Assembly: GCA_964247055.1 (NCBI GenBank)
Contig: OZ176050.1
Span: 6,820,001-6,884,000, forward strand
Length of the DNA: 64,000 bases
Source: Paragordius varius
Taxonomy: Eukaryota; Animalia; Nematomorpha
Direction of reading: 5' to 3'
The notes below the pieces were generated by a model. That model ran no database searches and was not told the DNA's origin. It saw only the letters and a list, made by a program, of their open reading frames with translations. The stretch's first letter is position 1. Each line of letters opens with the position of its first letter. Positions 59,531 through 64,000 of the stretch are shown piece after piece. The translations under genes were made by a program, and so were the position numbers.

Positions 59531-60897
59531 TTATATATAATTCCTCAAATTTTCTAATGAAATTAAGTGTGCCCTTTTATACGTCGCTTCGATTTGGTCG
59601 AAATGTTTATTTGTGAATTGGGTTAATATAATATATCCTCTGTCATTCTGAATTGCAAATAGAAAGATTGTTAGTCCAAGCATGGAATAATAATCAGAAC
59701 AGTGGTACTCAAACCGCGGCAATTCTTTTTATGGCCCTGAACTATTCATCGATGTTTGTCAGTATAAATATCTGCAAATATATCAAATAGCTATGAAATT
59801 TCTATCGGTTTATATGGTGCACGGCCCTAAGGCACGAAATATATTTTTGCGGCCTTTTAAAATTTTTTGGTGATTATCATTGGCAAATGCATTATCTTTC
59901 TAAGAGTTTTGGTAGTTTTTTGTATAAATGGGGTAGAATTAATCCTAAAAATTAGTGATGTGTTATTTTAACATTTTATTTTTTGTACCCGATGACATTT
60001 TGGCTTAGTTTTCTACCCCGAAGCTTAAAGTAGAACAAACTACTGTTTTGAAAGTTGCTTTGGTTAAATTTAATTACCTAAACCTTTTTCTACTATATTA
60101 GATAAAAAAAAATAATTTTTACAGTTTTTAAAGGTGATAATAAAATCGATATATATCAAAAATTTGCTGATAGATTGCTATTTCAAAGCTTTACAAAGTT
60201 GATTATTTATATTTTGTATCATAAATTACATTTATTGTTGTATTAGCGATTTAAGAAAAATAAAGAAAAAAATGGTGGCACACCTGAAATTAGGATTTTT
60301 TTATACACATCTCTAGATTTTTTTTGTATCATGCATCTAAAAGGCAAAAGGAAGCATATTTTTAATTTTTGCCGAATGATAATATTTTTAATATATTTAA
60401 ATTTAAATGGCTCTAGGGCATAAAACTACCCCAAAAGGCAATGAAGTGTTTTTTTAAATCATTTTTATTGTTTCCTTTAATATATTAAAGCAAGGGGTAT
60501 CCAGTGGTTCCGGAGCCACCTGTGGCTCTTTGAAAATTTTTGAATGGCTCTTATAAAGATCTGAAAAAAAAATTTTGAAAAAAGTTTAATTTTTGAGTGG
60601 CGATGTAAAAAAATTTGAATAAGTAAATATTTTAAATGATTCGCATAAAATTTTTTTATAATATTTTTTTATTATTTTTTAATACATTTATATCATTTCT
60701 TTCCTTTACAATCTGAAAATCTTTAGACTTGCCACTAAACATTTTTTGATAATTATTCAGAGAAAAAACCATATTTCTGAAAACCACAGTCCCATTTTTA
60801 ATTTGGCAATACCCATATTATTGAAGTTATAAATTACGTATTCTTAAATATTTACTATAGTTAAACTTTTTGATAATCATTTAGTTCTGTAAATATC
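59531..60897 (-). CDS. Candidate last two exons of an unidentified gene (60897-60867 and about 59647-59531)
   Basis: Pyrimidine-rich acceptors; the in-phase join gives IFTELNDYQK|NDRGYIILTQFTNKHFDQIEATYKRAHLISLENLRNYI*. No family recognised. Confidence 0.3.
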
Positions 60898-60922
60898 CTG
60901 GAGAAGATTTATATTAAGATGA

Positions 60923-61069
60923 CTAGCGTTAATCTCGTGCTGCTACGCAGCCCAGGAAGTCCTTCGGACTTCTGGGGGGGAGGGGGGTTCGAAGTTTGGA
61001 TTTGAATGGGTCTACCGTTTTTCCTGTAGATCACAAAGCCAGCATTTTCCATTTTTATAAATATATAGA
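60923..61069 (-). mobile_element. 147-bp mini-Helitron with both termini
   Basis: 5' TCTATATATTTATAAAAATGG joined almost directly to the hairpin and CTAG|T 3' end. Confidence 0.85.
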
Positions 61070-61229
61070 TTACCATAAATAACACTGCTCAACAAGGTTT
61101 TGCACCACCCCATTATTTTTGCATTTTCTGATACCTAATGGCATGGAAAGGCCAAAACAAAAAAGAAAATTGAGGCCACCAATAGGATTTTTCCAAAATT
61201 TAATTTTTAAATTTGTATTTAAATCAAAA

Positions 61230-61850
61230 ATAACAATCATTCCTCGTGCACATATGTTTAAATATTCAAACAAGCAAGTCGATACAAGTAATATTCCATG
61301 CATGGAGAACAAATTCTAGGCATTAAATAAGATACTAAACAAGCTAAGAGCCAAAGTATTAAAAATCTAAAAGGGGCCTATGTATAGTGTGATAGATATG
61401 GGCGGCTGCACAAGCTCTGCATATCCCCCAAGCGATCCTATAATTATGCCAGATATGGCAAAGATAACAATAAGTAATTGTAAAGTCCGATAAGAGAGAC
61501 TTGCAAGCAAAATCGTGGCAAATTGACATGTCAAATTAACCAATTTACAGAATAAGGTTAGATAAATTCTACAATTAAATTGAATATAAATTAGGTAAAT
61601 ACAAATGGTCCAACCCCATAACAGTAAATTCTACTAAAAGTGGCTACACAACATCCATCTGAAATTCAAAATACAAAACAACCAATAATTTTAAAAAAAT
61701 AAGGTATATCTACTAGGTATAAATAAAGGATTTTTTATAGGAACCAACTCAAGAGAAAAAGTCTAATAACTACTCGAAAGAACGAAATCTAACAAAAAAA
61801 TATAGCCTATCTGAAAGCCGAAGGTTTAAATCATAGAATGCCTTTTTTAG
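61230..61850 (+). mobile_element. Possible decayed LINE (post-RT region) remnant
   Basis: A-rich, stop-broken peptides including a DMGGC motif resembling GGLG; weak. Confidence 0.25.
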
Positions 61851-62220
61851 TATTTTTTTAAAAATTTTTTATATGTGTTAAAAATTCACTTGAAAAAAAA
61901 GACTAAATTTTGACGTTTAAGTCCGTACTATTTTTTTTCTCTCTGATATTTAAATGACATATTTATATTCAAAAGATAGAGTTTAAAACGCTTTATTAAA
62001 TGATATTAAGTTTATAGTATAATAACATTTTATTATAAAGTTATACTTAATTTTCTCTCGATTTTCTCTTGTTTTTGAAAAATTGAAAAACCTATAAAAT
62101 TTCAAAATTCTGATTGGCGGGATCAAAATTTTTTTCAAATTCGGTTTTCACTGAAATTAGTCATAATTTAAAAAGTTTGAGTGGTGGTGCTTAAAAATGT
62201 CCAAATTTGTCGACTAGTGT

Positions 62221-63195
62221 AATGTTTTAATATCCATATATCTTTTAACATGCTATACATATGATAGATACTCCTTACCCAGCAGCTATCATCAAAGAAA
62301 CGCCTGACTAAAATTTTTGCCTTTTAACAGGGAATACGTGGAATCTTTATTGAATTTTTACGGTCTCATACCTTGCGCGAAAAATCGATTCAGAAAATTA
62401 TTTTTGTGGACTTTGTTTTTTTTGAAAAAAATGGCATTTTACGGGGGTAGCGGGTAAAAAGAGGGCCTAAATCAAAAAAGTAACTCGACTATGTTCGGCG
62501 CAATCGAAAATAAGTAAACAAAAATCATATTTGAAATTGAATGGTCCAACACGTTCTCCGGAAAATTGTCTCAAAAACACGATTTTGTGGACTTCTGTTT
62601 TCAAAAAAAAACCGTTTTTCATACGGGGTGGGCCCGAACTGGGGGCCTATTCAAAAAAAGGGCGAAGCTATTGTCGGGACATTTATTAATGATTATATTT
62701 TTTCGATATTTGGATTTGATTGGGTCTACCGGTTTTCCTGTACCAGATAACAAAGCCAGCATTTTCCATTTTTATAAATATATAGATTACCATAAATAAT
62801 GTATTAATATCCATCTATCTTTTAACATGCTATGCATATGATAGATACTCCTTACTCAGCATCTATCATCAAAGAAACGCTAGACTAAAATTTTTGCCTT
62901 TTAACAGGCAATACGAAAAATCTTTCTCGAATTTTTACAGTCTCTTACCGTGGGCAAAAAAATACAATCAAAAAAATATTTTTGTGGACTTTGTTTTTTT
63001 TAAAAAATGGCATTTTACGGGGGTAGCGGGTAAAAAGAGGGCCTAAATCAAAAAAGTGACTCGACTATGTTCAGCGCGATCAAAAATAAGTAAACAAAAT
63101 TCATATTTGAAATTGAATGGTCCAACACGTTCTCCAAAAGGTTTTCCTGTACCAGATCACAAAGCCAGCATTTTCCATTTTTATAAATATATAGA
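62221..63195 (-). mobile_element. Tandem pair of non-autonomous Helitron units (5' ends at 63195 and 62786)
   Basis: Reverse-complement near-copies of units in 48722-49779, including the same junction tail. Confidence 0.8.
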
Positions 63196-64000
63196 TTATG
63201 TAAAAATAACTACATTTCTAACCACTTCAGTCATTGTAAAAGGAATATGTTCAAATTAGGTGAAACAAGCAGTGCTGTTAATACTCTTTATTAAGATGTC
63301 GAATTTTATTTTAATGCAATTATTAAAATATCCTTGGTATCCCCTACATATATTTCTAATATATTCTTTAATATATTCAAAAATTGCATGATTATCACAG
63401 TTCAGAACCAATTTAAGAGGGATTTAAGCTGTAAAAATCATCAATTTCTTGAAATCTATTGTTGTGCTTTCATCAATGGCAGATATATTTATATAATTAA
63501 GTTTAATTTGTCCATGCATTAAATCTTTTGTTTTTACACATATTAGTACAATTTAAAAGCATATTTAGCAATATTATAAACCAGGTTATTTTGTTATTTA
63601 TATCAAAATTAACACGTATATATATATATATATATATATATGTTTATGTAATAATTTTATTTGATACTTACGCCTTGATATATATTAATTCAAATGTGGC
63701 TCTTCGGATTTTTAGGTCGAAAATGTGGCTCTTCAAGCCATTTGTGTTGGACATCCCTGTACTAAAGTATATTTTTTATACTTCAAAATTTACCATTTTT
63801 TAGGCATTCTTTCGAAAAGGTTTGCTTTTAAATTTATTTAAATGCAGTTAAAAATATACAAAAAAAAATGGATCCGGAAATTTTGGCCGGAATATTTTGA
63901 AAACACAAATTGGAACAAGTTTCTGATCCCTTACCCCTTATTTCAAAGTTAAGGAATAAAAATATGCGCCCATATTTTTATTAGCAAAATGATCAATTTT

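Overview
AT-rich eukaryotic DNA, animal-like by gene content, with spliced genes among many non-autonomous transposons. I reconstructed genes by hand-splicing: the 3' part of a Regnase/ZC3H12 gene (+), SUPT4H1/SPT4 (-), an intronless BTB protein with Pro-rich and Lys-rich tails (+), tRNA-Val(CAC) (-), GINS1/PSF1 (+), a Ly6/three-finger-like GPI-type protein (-), two tandem trypsin-like proteases with unrecognised N-terminal modules (+), and a greatly expanded UBTD1/2 orthologue (+). SPT4 and GINS1 are essentially missing from the ORF track. The main observation is a class of ultra-short spliceosomal introns (20-24 nt). All six GINS1 introns are 21-23 nt, SPT4 intron 1 is 20 nt and UBTD intron 1 is 23 nt, while SPT4 and UBTD also carry introns of about 0.2-1.2 kb. 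One GINS1 micro-intron reads GT..TG. The GINS1 and Ly6-like stop codons overlap on a shared TTAA. Repeats include non-autonomous Helitrons (full, mini and tandem arrays), long foldback elements, a TACCATTT-TIR MITE family, hAT remnants and an RTE LINE fragment. All homology calls come from recalled family motifs; no database search was run.
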